A DNA stretch of 64,000 nucleotides from an uncultured Acidobacteriota bacterium (GTDB taxonomy: Bacteria > Acidobacteriota > Polarisedimenticolia > J045), in the NCBI GenBank assembly GCA_963702425.1, contig CAVPCQ010000006.1:320001-384000 (forward strand), given 5' to 3'. The notes beneath the pieces were generated by a model. That model searched no databases. It was given only the letters and a program-made list of their open reading frames with translations, and was not told the DNA's origin. This document shows, one piece after another, positions 9,416 through 19,165 of the stretch (positions are counted from its first letter, which is position 1; each line of letters begins with the position of its first letter). The position numbers were made by a program, and so were the translations under genes.

Positions 9416-11224
9416 GTGAGCCGGCCGACCGCGAGGACGACCTGGCTCGCGGCCGCCCTGGTCGGGGCGCTCGCCGTCGCGGTCTACCTGCCGTCGCTCC
9501 GAAACGACTTCGTCTGGGACGACCCGATCGTGCTCGAGCGACAGCTGCCGTACTTCGACGGTCCGGCCGACGCCTTCTTCCCGCCCCGCGACGTCCCGCA
9601 GTGGAGCGCGCACTACTACCGGCCGCTGGTCGTCGTCTCCTACCTGCTCGACGACCTCGTGGTGCGGACGCTCTACCCACCGGAGGCCCGTGACGCGGGG
9701 CGCCGGCTCGTCTTCCACGCCTCGCCCGTGCTGCTGCACGGCGTGTCGAGCGCGCTGGTCGTGGCGCTCGGCGCCGCGCTGGCCCGGCGGTTCCGTGGAC
9801 AGCGGTCGACGCTCGCGGTGCCGGTCGCGGCCGGGCTGCTGTTCGCGGTCCACCCGGTCCACGTCGAGTCGGTGGCCTGGCTGGCGGGCCGGTCGGACCT
9901 GCTGTGCGCGGCCTTCGCCCTTGCCGCGATCCTGGCCTGGCTGCGCTATCTCGAGACGCGGCGCGCGGCCTGGCTGCCCGCGGCCGCGGCGCTCGCGCTG
10001 GCCGCGATGCTGTCGAAGGAGGTCGGGCTGGCGCTGGTCGCGCTGCTGCCGCTCTCGGCCCTGCTGCCTGGCCGCGACGCCGCACTTCCGGGGCACGAGG
10101 CGGCACGCGATGCAGGTCTCGCCGCGGCTGTCGTGGGGTTCGCTGCCGCCGTCGCGCTGGCGCTCCGGTGGGCGGCCGCTGCCCCGGGACCCGGCTCGGC
10201 GATCGCCTGGACCGATCCGGTGCGAACGATCCTCGCGGCCCTGGGCTGGTACGCGGCGAAGACGGCCTGGCCGGCGCCGCTCTCCGCGTTCGTCGACCGG
10301 GTACCCGGCTCGGTGGGTCTCGCGATCGCGGGGGCGTTCGTCGCCGGCGGGATCGGCGCGCTCGTGGGCGCCTCGCTGGCGCGCCGTCGCGCCGGCGCGG
10401 AAGCGTTCGCCGCGGCGCTCTTCCTGCTCCCGCTCGCACCCGCGCTGGCGGTCTCGGCCGGCACGATCGCCGCCACGCCGCTGGCCGAGCGCTACCTCTA
10501 CCTGCCGTCGGCCGGCGCGGTGCTCCTCGGGGCGTTGATCGTCGGAGAACCTCGCCGCAGCGCTCGGCTCAGCTTTCGGCCCACCGCGCGGCCGGCGGTC
10601 GTACTCGGCATGGCCGCGGCGATCGCTGCGGTCGCGCTGCCGGCGACCCTGATCCGGCAGCGGGCCTGGCGCGATGACCTCGCCTTCTGGTCCGACGCCG
10701 CCGAGAAGGCACCCGGCGGGCTGGCTGGTCCAGGACGCGCTCGGCACGGCTGCTGGTCGACGCGGGTCGGGCCCCGGAGGCGGAGGCGCGTTTCCGCCGC
10801 GCATTCGAGTTGGCCGACGCGGCCGATCGATCGCGCCCAGGCCCGCGCCAACCTCGGCTCGCTCTTCTCGCGCCAGCAGCGCTGGGACGACGCGATCGCC
10901 GAGTTCCGCGCCGCGCTCGCCGACGACCCCGGGCTCGACACCGCACACGCCAACCTGGCCCAGGCGCTGCTCGCCCGCTACGCCGCGCAGCCGGTTCCGG
11001 CCGAGAAGCCGGCCGTCATGGCGGAGGCGGCTGGACACTTCGACGCGGCCCGCCGGATCGATCCGCGCAAGGCCTCGCTGCACTTCGCCTACGGCATGCT
11101 GATGATCGAGCTGGGGCGGCCCGCCGAGGCGGCTGCGCCGCTGCGCGAGGTGATCGCGCTGGCGCCGGAGTCGCCCGAGGCAGCCACGGCGCGGCGCGCG
11201 CTGGAGCCGCTCGGGGCGCGCTGA
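9416..11224 (+). CDS. TMTC-like glycosyltransferase with TPRs, copy 3 (compensating frameshifts ~10720-10825)
   Basis: FVWDD, YYRPL, LFAVHPVHVESVAWLAGRSD, LSKE, ERYLYLPS, AWRDD; TPRs (ARANLGSLF, AHANLAQAL). Confidence 0.85.
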   Translation: MSRPTARTTWLAAALVGALAVAVYLPSLRNDFVWDDPIVLERQLPYFDGPADAFFPPRDVPQWSAHYYRPLVVVSYLLDDLVVRTLYPPEARDAGRRLVFHASPVLLHGVSSALVVALGAALARRFRGQRSTLAVPVAAGLLFAVHPVHVESVAWLAGRSDLLCAAFALAAILAWLRYLETRRAAWLPAAAALALAAMLSKEVGLALVALLPLSALLPGRDAALPGHEAARDAGLAAAVVGFAAAVALALRWAAAAPGPGSAIAWTDPVRTILAALGWYAAKTAWPAPLSAFVDRVPGSVGLAIAGAFVAGGIGALVGASLARRRAGAEAFAAALFLLPLAPALAVSAGTIAATPLAERYLYLPSAGAVLLGALIVGEPRRSARLSFRPTARPAVVLGMAAAIAAVALPATLIRQRAWRDDLAFWSDAAEKAPGGLAGPGRARHGCWSTRVGPRRRRRVSAAHSSWPTRPIDRAQARANLGSLFSRQQRWDDAIAEFRAALADDPGLDTAHANLAQALLARYAAQPVPAEKPAVMAEAAGHFDAARRIDPRKASLHFAYGMLMIELGRPAEAAAPLREVIALAPESPEAATARRALEPLGAR

Positions 11225-11259
11225 ACCGGCTGACGGCGCGCCGGACGATCGGATCGCCG

Positions 11260-12339
11260 TCAGTCCCCGTCGCCGAGCGCCTCGGCCAGCAGGCCGTGGA
11301 AGTGATGGACGCCGTTTTCCCGGCGCGCCGAGTAGCGCCCGCTCTCCCACGCGCCCGATTGCAGGCCGCGCTGGACCGCCTCGCAGAGCGCGATGTCCTC
11401 GCGCTGCACTTCTTCGGAGAAGGCGAAGCTCTCGGCGAACTCCTGCTCCAGCCCGGGCCGGCCGGGATCGAGGAAGAACCAGAGGAAGACCGTGCGCGTG
11501 GGTCCGGTCCCTCGGGCAGCACGAGATTGAGCTGCACGTTGTCCGGGTAGACGTTGATCATCAGGTTCGGGAAGACCCAGTAGTAGAGCGCCTCGAGCGA
11601 GGCGCCGTCCGCCCGGTGCCGGGCGTAGAGCGAGCCCGGCCGCTCCTTCACCGGCGCCACCTGCTTCGAGTGCCAGCGCTGCGTCTCGACCCTGTAGCGC
11701 GGGTAGTCGATCTCGCGGAACAGCCCGGGTGCGCGACCGGGATGTGGTACCCCTCGAGGTAGTTGTCGACGTAGACCTTCCAGTTGCAGCCGATGACCCA
11801 GTCGTGGCGGCGGTGGAACCCCATCCGATCGAGCGGCAGGCGGGCCGTTTCGGAAGGGATCGCGCCGAGCAGATCGGCCAGCGGCGGGGCGGCGCCATCG
11901 AGGCAGGCGAAGACGAACGGGCCCCAGCTGTCGACGCGAACCGGACGCAGCGCCTGCGCGGCCGGATCGAAATCGAGCACCCCCTCCATCTCGGGGGCCT
12001 TGAGCAGCGGCCGTCGAGCCCGTAGGTCCAGCCGTGGTAGCGGCACTGCAGCGTCCGCGCCGGCCGGCTTCGCAGGCGAGCTCCCCGGCGCGGTGGCGGC
12101 AGACGTTGTAGAAGCCGCGCAGCGCACCGTCCTCGCCCCGCACGAGGACCACCGGGCCCCGCCGATCTCGACCGCCGCGTGCTCCCCCGGCGCGGCCACC
12201 GCGGAGAGCGGCGCGGCGTACTGCCAGGTGCGCCGGAAGATCCGCTCCCGCTCGCGGCGAGCTGCGCCGGTCGGTGTACCAGCGCGCCGGGATCGTGCGC
12301 GCGCGGGCAGTCGGGTCGAAGGGTAGGACGGGCCGGCAC
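11260..12339 (-). CDS. Rieske non-heme iron oxygenase alpha subunit (choline/carnitine monooxygenase-like); multiple frameshifts, start approximate
   Basis: NVCRHR and CRYHGWTY Rieske ligands; NWKVYVDNYLEGYHIPVAH and EDIALCEAVQRG mononuclear Fe motifs spread over three frames. Confidence 0.8.
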   Translation of the reverse strand: MPARPTLRPDCPRAHDPGALVHRPAQLAASGSGSSGAPGSTPRRSPRWPRRGSTRRSRSAGPGGPRAGRGRCAARLLQRLPPPRRGARLRSRPARTLQCRYHGWTYGLDGRCSRPPRWRGCSISIRPRRRCVRFASTAGARSSSPASMAPPRRWPICSARSLPKRPACRSIGWGSTAATTGSSAATGRSTSTTTSRGTTSRSRTRAVPRDRLPALQGRDAALALEAGGAGEGAAGLALRPAPGGRRLARGALLLGLPEPDDQRLPGQRAAQSRAARGTGPTRTVFLWFFLDPGRPGLEQEFAESFAFSEEVQREDIALCEAVQRGLQSGAWESGRYSARRENGVHHFHGLLAEALGDGD

Positions 12340-12351
12340 GGAGGCCGGCCC

Positions 12352-13608
12352 CTACGGATCCAGCTTCTCGCGCATGATCGCCAGGATCTCCGCGTCGACC
12401 GCCCGCATTCCCTTCGTCGCGATGCGGCCGAGGTTGGCAAGCGAGGCCTGGCCGTCGGCCCCGACGATGCCGTCGGTGGCCGGGATCCCGACGCCGGAGA
12501 GCGCGAGCGACGCCGCGCGGTGGGCGGCGTCGACGCCGGTCATCGACTTGAGCGCGCAGCCGATCTTCGCGCCGTCGCAGATCATCCCCGAGACGTTGCC
12601 GACCATGTTGGTCACCGCGGCGGAGAGCGCCGCCGCGTCGCCCGCCTCGAGGCGGACGAGCCCGGCCGCGAGCCCGATCCCGGCGGCGTTCGAGCAGCCG
12701 CAGACCGCGGAGAGCGCGCCCAGGCGGTGCGTCGTCGACGAGGTCACGAGGCAGGCCAGCGCCAGTGCCTCCTCGCGCAGCTCCTGGGAGGCGCCGAGAT
12801 CCTCGCCGATCACGGCGATCGGCAGCGCGACGGTAATCCCCTTGTTCCCCGACCCGGCCAGCGCCATGACCGTGAAGTCCTCGCCGCTCATCCGCGCGAA
12901 GACGCCGCCCGCGACGAGGCGCGCGGCGCGCGAGACCGCGTCGCCGGCCGAGCGACGGTGGAACGCCGCCGGCAGCAGCGCCTGTCCGTGCTCAGCGATC
13001 GCGGTGTTGAGCGCGGTGCCGTGCCGCAGGCGAGCCCGGTCGTCGTCGCCGAGCGTGCGCGCCAACGCCGCCAGCGCGTCGAAGTCGAGCGCCGCCAGCG
13101 CGCCGCGCAGGTCGGAGCCGGCCGCGGCGCCGGCCGCCGCGCCCGGCAGCGGCTGCGGGACGCCGTCGCGCTCGAGGCGCACGAGCCGGGTGTGGCTGCC
13201 TTCGACGATCGCCCGCCCTTCGCCGCCGGTGCGGCGCACCGCGACGTCCACGAACAGCCCGCCGCGCTGCGCGTCTACCTCGGCCAGCACCGCCCCGCGC
13301 GCAACGAGCTGCTCGGCTGCCGTCAGCCGTTCCGGGGTCACCTGGCGGAAGATCTCGAGCCCCGCGGACGAGTCGGGCGCGAGCGCGCCCAGCGCCCCCG
13401 CCCAGCGGATCCCGGCCTTGCGTCCCGAGTTCGGGATCCCGACGGCGTAGCAGTTCTTGTACATCCGCGGGTCGCAGGCGATCCGCACGCTGACGATCGG
13501 GCCGTCGGCGAGTGCGGCCGCACTGGCCGCGGCCCAGGCGATGCACGCCGGCTCCGTGCACCCGAGCGCCGGGCGCCACTCGCTGGCGAGGAACTCGGTG
13601 AAGGTCAT
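12352..13608 (-). CDS. cyuA: L-cysteine desulfidase (CyuA/YhaM/CdsB family)
   Basis: PALGCTEP, KN..VGIP, ARMSG..AGSGNKG, LSAVCGC, GMICDGAK.GCALK. Confidence 0.82.
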   Translation of the reverse strand: MTFTEFLASEWRPALGCTEPACIAWAAASAAALADGPIVSVRIACDPRMYKNCYAVGIPNSGRKAGIRWAGALGALAPDSSAGLEIFRQVTPERLTAAEQLVARGAVLAEVDAQRGGLFVDVAVRRTGGEGRAIVEGSHTRLVRLERDGVPQPLPGAAAGAAAGSDLRGALAALDFDALAALARTLGDDDRARLRHGTALNTAIAEHGQALLPAAFHRRSAGDAVSRAARLVAGGVFARMSGEDFTVMALAGSGNKGITVALPIAVIGEDLGASQELREEALALACLVTSSTTHRLGALSAVCGCSNAAGIGLAAGLVRLEAGDAAALSAAVTNMVGNVSGMICDGAKIGCALKSMTGVDAAHRAASLALSGVGIPATDGIVGADGQASLANLGRIATKGMRAVDAEILAIMREKLDP

Positions 13609-13691
13609 CGGCCGGCCTCGATCTCCGGCGTCGCAGCGGCGACCCGGGGCGCCCGATGATAGCGTGGCCGGCCTCCGGAGACCGCTTTCCG

Positions 13692-14513
13692 ATGTCCACG
13701 ACCCCATCCCCCGCGCCGCTCTTCGACACCCACGCGCACCTCGACTTCCCGGGGCTCGCCGAGGACCTCGACGGACTGCTCGCGCGCGCGCGCGCCGCGG
13801 GGGTGACGCGGATCGTGTCGATCGGCGCCGGGCGCGGCCCGGGCTCGCTGGAGGGCGCGCTCGAGATCGCGCGGCGCCACCCGGGCGTCGTCTGGGCGAC
13901 GGTCGGCGTCCACCCGCACGACGCCTCGTGCCTGACGCCGGACGGGATCGACGCGCTCGCGGCGCTCGCCGCCGACCCGTTGGTGGTGGCGATCGGCGAA
14001 ACCGGCCTCGATTTCCACTACGACCGCTCGCCGCGCGACGCGCAGCGCGCCGCGTTCCGCGCGCAGATCGCGCTGGCGCGGGGCGCGGGCAAGCCGATCG
14101 TCGTGCACACGCGGCTGGCGCCGGACGAGACGCTGGAGATTCTCCGCGAGGAAGGGGCGCGCGACGTCGGCGGGATCATCCACTGCTTCTCCGAGGACGC
14201 CGCCTTCGCCGCGCGGGCGCTGGACCTGGGATTCGTCGCCTCGTTCAGCGGGCTGGTCACCTTCCCCAAGGCGGGACCGATCCGCGAGGCCGCGCTGAAG
14301 CAGCCGCTGGACGCGATCCTGGTCGAGACCGACGCCCCGTTCCTGGCCCCGGTCCCGCTTCGCGGCCGGCGCGCGGAGCCGGCCCACGTCGCGTACACCG
14401 CCGACGCGATCGCCGCCTGGCGCGGGATCGCGGCGGAGGAGTTCCGGCGGATCACGACCACGAACGGCTGCCGGGTCTACGGTCTGCCGGAGCCGTCGTC
14501 GCGCGAGCGGTGA
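13692..14513 (+). CDS. tatD: TatD family DNase
   Basis: FDTHAHL, GVHPH, IGETGLD, HTR, HCFS, ETDAPFLAP. Confidence 0.93.
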   Translation: MSTTPSPAPLFDTHAHLDFPGLAEDLDGLLARARAAGVTRIVSIGAGRGPGSLEGALEIARRHPGVVWATVGVHPHDASCLTPDGIDALAALAADPLVVAIGETGLDFHYDRSPRDAQRAAFRAQIALARGAGKPIVVHTRLAPDETLEILREEGARDVGGIIHCFSEDAAFAARALDLGFVASFSGLVTFPKAGPIREAALKQPLDAILVETDAPFLAPVPLRGRRAEPAHVAYTADAIAAWRGIAAEEFRRITTTNGCRVYGLPEPSSRER

Positions 14514-14522
14514 CGGCGTCGA

Positions 14523-15473
14523 TCAGGAGTGCCCGCCCGCGTACTTCTTCTCTCCCGCCCGGACCGCGACGTCGAGCGCGTTCTCCTTCGGCGGAAGCGG
14601 GCAGGTGGCGAACGGGGTGAAGGCGCACGGCGGGTTGTACGCGCCGTTGAAGTCGAGCACGAAGCTGCCGTCGGGGCCGGGCGGGTCGGCGTCCAGGAAG
14701 CGGCCCGCACCGTACGTCTCCTCGCCGGTGGTCCGGTCCTTGAAGACGAAGAACAGCTCCCTGTCGTCCGGGCTGCCGCCGAGCGGGATCAGGGTGTGCT
14801 CGCGGCCTTCGAGCGTGAAATGCGCGACGCCGAGCGCCCACATCGGCTGCTCCACGCCGCCCGCGCTCGGTACGGTGACCTGCTTCGGCTCGGCGGCGCG
14901 CTCGAAGCGCGCGGGGACGCGCCAGGCCGGGTCGGGCGGGTACCAGGAGAGCCCCTGGAACTTCCCGAGCGCGGGGCTCTCCGGGTCCTTGGCGCGCACC
15001 CCCAGCCGATCGCCGCGGCGGATCACGGTCATCGAGACCCGGCCGGCCGTCACGACGTCGGGTTTTCCCGTCGCGTCGGGAGCGAGCGTCATCCCGTCCG
15101 TCGCGGGGGCGCCGTTGACGCTGACGGCGGCGTCCGGCGCGAGCCGCAGCGTGACGGTCTCGCCGTCGAGCACGAAGGCCCCCGCGCGGCCCGGCGCCGC
15201 GCCGGCCGGCAGCGCGATCGGCAGCGCCGGATCGCTGCCGAACGGGGTCTCCCCCGGCTGCAGCCACCACAGTCCGACCAGCGACATCCAGCCGTTGGGC
15301 CGCTTCAGACCCGTCTCGCGTTCCGAGCGCCACTTCTCGAGCTCCGGCTGCCAGTCCGCGGGAGGCGGAGGCGGAGGAGGCTGTCCGCAGGCGATCGCGA
15401 GCAGGAGCAGGGCCGCCGGCACGGCGAGCGCCACCGGTGGAACGCGGGAGGAGGACGACGGGAGAACGTGCAT
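14523..15473 (-). CDS. DUF1684 family lipoprotein
   Basis: Lipobox LAIAC; GWMSLVGLWWL; FKDRTTGEETYGAGRFL; LDFNGAYNPPCAFTPFATCPLPP. Confidence 0.85.
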   Translation of the reverse strand: MHVLPSSSSRVPPVALAVPAALLLLAIACGQPPPPPPPADWQPELEKWRSERETGLKRPNGWMSLVGLWWLQPGETPFGSDPALPIALPAGAAPGRAGAFVLDGETVTLRLAPDAAVSVNGAPATDGMTLAPDATGKPDVVTAGRVSMTVIRRGDRLGVRAKDPESPALGKFQGLSWYPPDPAWRVPARFERAAEPKQVTVPSAGGVEQPMWALGVAHFTLEGREHTLIPLGGSPDDRELFFVFKDRTTGEETYGAGRFLDADPPGPDGSFVLDFNGAYNPPCAFTPFATCPLPPKENALDVAVRAGEKKYAGGHS

Positions 15474-15599
15474 GAGTCCTCGCGCGGGGACGGGCCGTTC
15501 GCCGCCGCGGCGTGGCCGCCCGACCGTGAGCCGCCTCTTTTACCAGCCGCGGCGGCGGCTGGATAGGCCCGCGGCCGTAGAATGCGCGCCGGTGCCCGC

Positions 15600-16817
15600 G
15601 TGACGACCCCACCCCTTCCCCGCAGCCTCTTCGACCTCGACCCGGCCCTGCTGTGGGTCATGCACTGCGCCGAGGGGCCGGTCCCCCGGGCCTCGGTCGA
15701 GGCCGCGACCGCCTTCCTCATCAAGGAAGCGCAGCCTTGGAAGATGACCTGGAACGAGGACTTCCAGGGCCTCCCCACCGTCCTCCGAGAGCAGGCGGCG
15801 GCGCTCGTCGGTGCCGACCCGGCCGACATCACCCCGACCCCGACGACCTCCTCGGGGCTGATCACGGTGGCACAGGGCTTCCCGTGGCAGATGGGCGACG
15901 ACGTCGTCGCCCCGCTCGGCGAGTTCCCGACCAACGCCTGGCCGTGGCTGGCGCTCGCACCGCGCGGCGTCGACTTCCGCGAGGCGCCGCTCTGGGACGG
16001 TCACCGCTCCGGCGCCGAAGCCTGGTCTTCCGAGCCACCTCCCGCCGCGGTCGAGCCGGAGGCCCGCCTGCTGGCCGCGATCGGCCCGCGCACGCGGATT
16101 CTCGCGGTCAGCTGGGTGCGGTTCCAGGACGGGCTCGCGCTCGATCTCGCGCGGCTCGGCGAAGGCTGCCGCGGGCGCGGCGTCGCGCTCGTCGTGGACG
16201 GGATCCAGGGGGCCGGGACGCGGCCGCTCCGCCTGCCCGCGACCGGCGCGAGCGCTTTCGCCTGCGGCGGGCACAAGGGACTGCTCGCCCCACAGGGGTT
16301 GGGTTTCCTCTGGACCGATCGCGTCTTCCGCGCACGCCTTGCGCCGCCCGGCGGCTGGCTGTCGGTCGAGGACGCGACCGACTTCTCCCGCCCGACGACC
16401 GATTTCGCGCGCCGTTTCGTCGACACCGGCACGGCGCTCGAGCAGGGGGTCCCGAACCTGCTCGGCATGGCCGCTCTGGCGGCCTCGCTCGCGGCGCTCA
16501 ACGCCGCGGGCGTTGGCGCGATCGCGGCCCACGTCGCCGCGCTGCAGGACGACCTGCTGGCCCGCCTCGCCGGGCAGCCCGCGTGGCGCGCCGAAGCCGC
16601 CCGCCTGGCCGCGCTGCGCGCGCGCGGCCGGCTGGGATCGATCGTCGCGCTGCACCACGGCGGGCGTGGCGAGGCCTTCCTGCACGACCTGCTGAAGCGC
16701 GGCTTCGAGTCCGGGATCCACGCCTCGATCCGCGAGGGCTACCTGCGGATCGCGCTGCACGGCTGGCACGACGAAGCGGACGTGGCGCACCTCGCGGCCT
16801 GGCTGGCGGCGGCGTGA
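15600..16817 (+). CDS. Class V PLP aminotransferase / C-S lyase-like protein
   Basis: EFPTN, VSWVRF, VVDGIQGAG, GGHKGLLAP (PLP Lys), LEQGVPN; TAGAAT -10 element at 15578. Confidence 0.82.
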   Translation: MTTPPLPRSLFDLDPALLWVMHCAEGPVPRASVEAATAFLIKEAQPWKMTWNEDFQGLPTVLREQAAALVGADPADITPTPTTSSGLITVAQGFPWQMGDDVVAPLGEFPTNAWPWLALAPRGVDFREAPLWDGHRSGAEAWSSEPPPAAVEPEARLLAAIGPRTRILAVSWVRFQDGLALDLARLGEGCRGRGVALVVDGIQGAGTRPLRLPATGASAFACGGHKGLLAPQGLGFLWTDRVFRARLAPPGGWLSVEDATDFSRPTTDFARRFVDTGTALEQGVPNLLGMAALAASLAALNAAGVGAIAAHVAALQDDLLARLAGQPAWRAEAARLAALRARGRLGSIVALHHGGRGEAFLHDLLKRGFESGIHASIREGYLRIALHGWHDEADVAHLAAWLAAA

Positions 16818-16827
16818 CGAGGCGCTG

Positions 16828-17949
16828 ATGCAGCACGGCACGCGAACCGAGCCCCCTGCGCCCCGCACCAGCCTCCCGCGCCAGGTCCTCGACGACATCC
16901 GCCACGGGAACCTGCGCCGCGAGGTCGGCCGCGACCTGACCGAGCTCTACGGCTTCTTCCTCGACGACGAGCAGCAGCAGCGTGCGGCGACGATGGCGCG
17001 TCCCAAGCGCTGGTTCATGGTCCCGTGGTGGGCCCTGAAGAGCCTGCTGCGCCGCCTCGCCGCGCCGCGCCGCGTGCTGCTCGTGCTCGCGCTGATCTTC
17101 GCCGTCCTGGGGGAGACGCGGATCGAGTCGCCGGACGGATCGATCTCGATCGGCGGCGACCTGCAGCCGCTGGCGATCCTGCTGCTGCTGGTGATCCTGA
17201 TGCTCGAGCTGAAGGACAAGCTGGTGGCGCGCGACGAGATCGAGGTCGCGCGGCAGGTCCAGTTGGCGCTCCTGCCGCGGCACCAGCCGGTCCTCGAGGG
17301 CTGGGACATCTGGCTCTACACCCGCCCGGCGAACGACGTCGGCGGCGACCTCGTCGACTTCCTCGAGCTGCCCGGACGGCGGCTCGCGCTCGCGCTGGGC
17401 GACGTCTCCGGCAAGGGGATGGGCGCGGCGCTCCTGATGGCGAAGCTGCAGGCGACGCTGCGCGCGCTGGTCCCGCTGGACGCCGCGCTCGCCGACCTGG
17501 GGGCGCACGTCAACCGGATCCTGTGCCGCGACAGCGTCGAGAACCGCTACGCGACCCTGCTCTACGCCGAGCTGGGCGCCGACTCGGGGAGCGTCCGGCT
17601 GCTCAACGCCGGGCACCTGCTGCCGCTGGTCGTGCGGGCCGGCGCGCACGAGCGACTGGCCCCGATGGCGATGCCGCTCGGGATGTTCCGCGAGGCGGTT
17701 TTCGTCGAGCAGGAGGTCGCGCTCGGCGGCGACGACATGCTCGTCCTCTGCTCCGACGGGCTGTCGGAGGCGCAGGACCCGACCGGCCAGTTCTTCGGCG
17801 AGGCGCGCCTGGTGGCGCTGACGCCGTCGCTCCGCGGGCTGGCGGCGGCGGCGGCGGGGGCCGTCCTGCTGCGGGAGATCGAGCGTTTCCTGGCCGGGGC
17901 GCGGCCGGCCGACGACCTCTCGCTGGCGATCGTACGCCGGCTCCCCTGA
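16828..17949 (+). CDS. Membrane-anchored PP2C/SpoIIE (RsbU-like) Ser/Thr phosphatase
   Basis: Two TM helices; VGGDLVD, LGDVSGKG, NAGH, SDGLSEA, DDLSL. Confidence 0.9.
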   Translation: MQHGTRTEPPAPRTSLPRQVLDDIRHGNLRREVGRDLTELYGFFLDDEQQQRAATMARPKRWFMVPWWALKSLLRRLAAPRRVLLVLALIFAVLGETRIESPDGSISIGGDLQPLAILLLLVILMLELKDKLVARDEIEVARQVQLALLPRHQPVLEGWDIWLYTRPANDVGGDLVDFLELPGRRLALALGDVSGKGMGAALLMAKLQATLRALVPLDAALADLGAHVNRILCRDSVENRYATLLYAELGADSGSVRLLNAGHLLPLVVRAGAHERLAPMAMPLGMFREAVFVEQEVALGGDDMLVLCSDGLSEAQDPTGQFFGEARLVALTPSLRGLAAAAAGAVLLREIERFLAGARPADDLSLAIVRRLP

Positions 17950-17971
17950 CCCGCCGCTCCCCGGAGGCCCG

Positions 17972-19135
17972 ATGACCACGCGTTCCCCACGCCTCGAAAC
18001 CCGTCTCGTGCACGCCGGTGAGCAGCCGCGCGTCGACGGCGCGGTCACCCTGCCGATCTTCCAGTCCTCGACCTACGAGTCGGCCGGCGGCTCGAGCTAC
18101 CACGACCTGCGCTACATCCGGCTCAACAACACGCCGAACCACCGCGCGCTGCACACCAAGCTGGCCGCGCTCGAGGGGACCGAGACCGCGCTCGTCTTCG
18201 GCTCGGGGATGGCGGCGCTTTCGACGATGCTGCTCGCGCTGCTGAAACCGGGCGATCACCTGCTGGCCCAGCCCGGCCTCTACGGCGGGACGCACGAGCT
18301 GGTCACGAAGGACCTCGCCGCGCTCGGGATCGAGCACGACTTCCTCGAGCCCGACGACCCCGGGAGCTGGGAACGGCTGGTCCGGCCGACGTCGCGACTC
18401 GTCCACTGCGAAGCGATCACGAACCCCCTGCTGCGGGTGATCGACCTGCCCGCCCTCGCGGCGTTCGCGAAGCGCCGCGGCCTGATCTCGACGATCGACG
18501 CCACCTTCGCCACGCCGGTCAACTTCCGGCCGGCCGAGCACGGCTTCGACCTCGTCATGCACAGTGCGACCAAGTACCTGAACGGCCACTCCGACATCGT
18601 CGCCGGGACGATCGCCGGGCCGGCGGCCCTGGTCGACGCGATCCGACACAAGCTCAACCACCTCGGCGGCTCGCTCGACCCGCACGCCTGCTTCCTGCTG
18701 CAGCGCGGGCTGAAGACGCTGGCGGTGCGGGTGCGGGCCCAGAACGCGAGCGCGCTGGCGCTGGCGGGGCACCTGTCCGCCCATCCGGCGGTGGCCCGGG
18801 TCCACTATCCTGGCCTCCCGTCCGATCCGGACCACCCCCGCGCCTGCGGGCTTTTCTCCGGCTTCGGGGGAATGCTCTCGTTCGAGTTGGCGGGGAGCAC
18901 CGACGGCGTCGAGCGCTTCCTCGGTGCCCTCCGCCTGCCGATCGTCGCGCCGAGCCTGGGCGGCCCCGAGACCCTCGTCACGCTGCCGGCCCGGACCTCC
19001 CACTCGGGGCTCGATCCGGCCGCGCGCCGGGCGCTCGGGATCGCCGACGGGCTGATCCGCGTCTCGGTCGGGCTCGAAGCGGTCGAGGACCTGGTCGAGG
19101 ATTTCGATCACGCGCTCGCCGCCGCGCTGCGCTAG
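17972..19135 (+). CDS. Cys/Met metabolism PLP enzyme (cystathionine gamma-lyase/synthase or methionine gamma-lyase)
   Basis: PIFQSSTY, SGMAA, YGGT, HSATKYLNGHSD, SLGGPETL, IRVSVGLE. Confidence 0.9.
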   Translation: MTTRSPRLETRLVHAGEQPRVDGAVTLPIFQSSTYESAGGSSYHDLRYIRLNNTPNHRALHTKLAALEGTETALVFGSGMAALSTMLLALLKPGDHLLAQPGLYGGTHELVTKDLAALGIEHDFLEPDDPGSWERLVRPTSRLVHCEAITNPLLRVIDLPALAAFAKRRGLISTIDATFATPVNFRPAEHGFDLVMHSATKYLNGHSDIVAGTIAGPAALVDAIRHKLNHLGGSLDPHACFLLQRGLKTLAVRVRAQNASALALAGHLSAHPAVARVHYPGLPSDPDHPRACGLFSGFGGMLSFELAGSTDGVERFLGALRLPIVAPSLGGPETLVTLPARTSHSGLDPAARRALGIADGLIRVSVGLEAVEDLVEDFDHALAAALR

Positions 19136-19165
19136 TACACTCGCTTCCCGGAAAGGACGGCCTCG

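Noticed and set aside
5751-9419. 1222-aa RHH-hydrolase fusion ORF
   Set aside because: The middle is Arg/Gly-rich antisense shadow of TMTC copy 2; the read-through results from a lost RHH stop in GC-rich DNA
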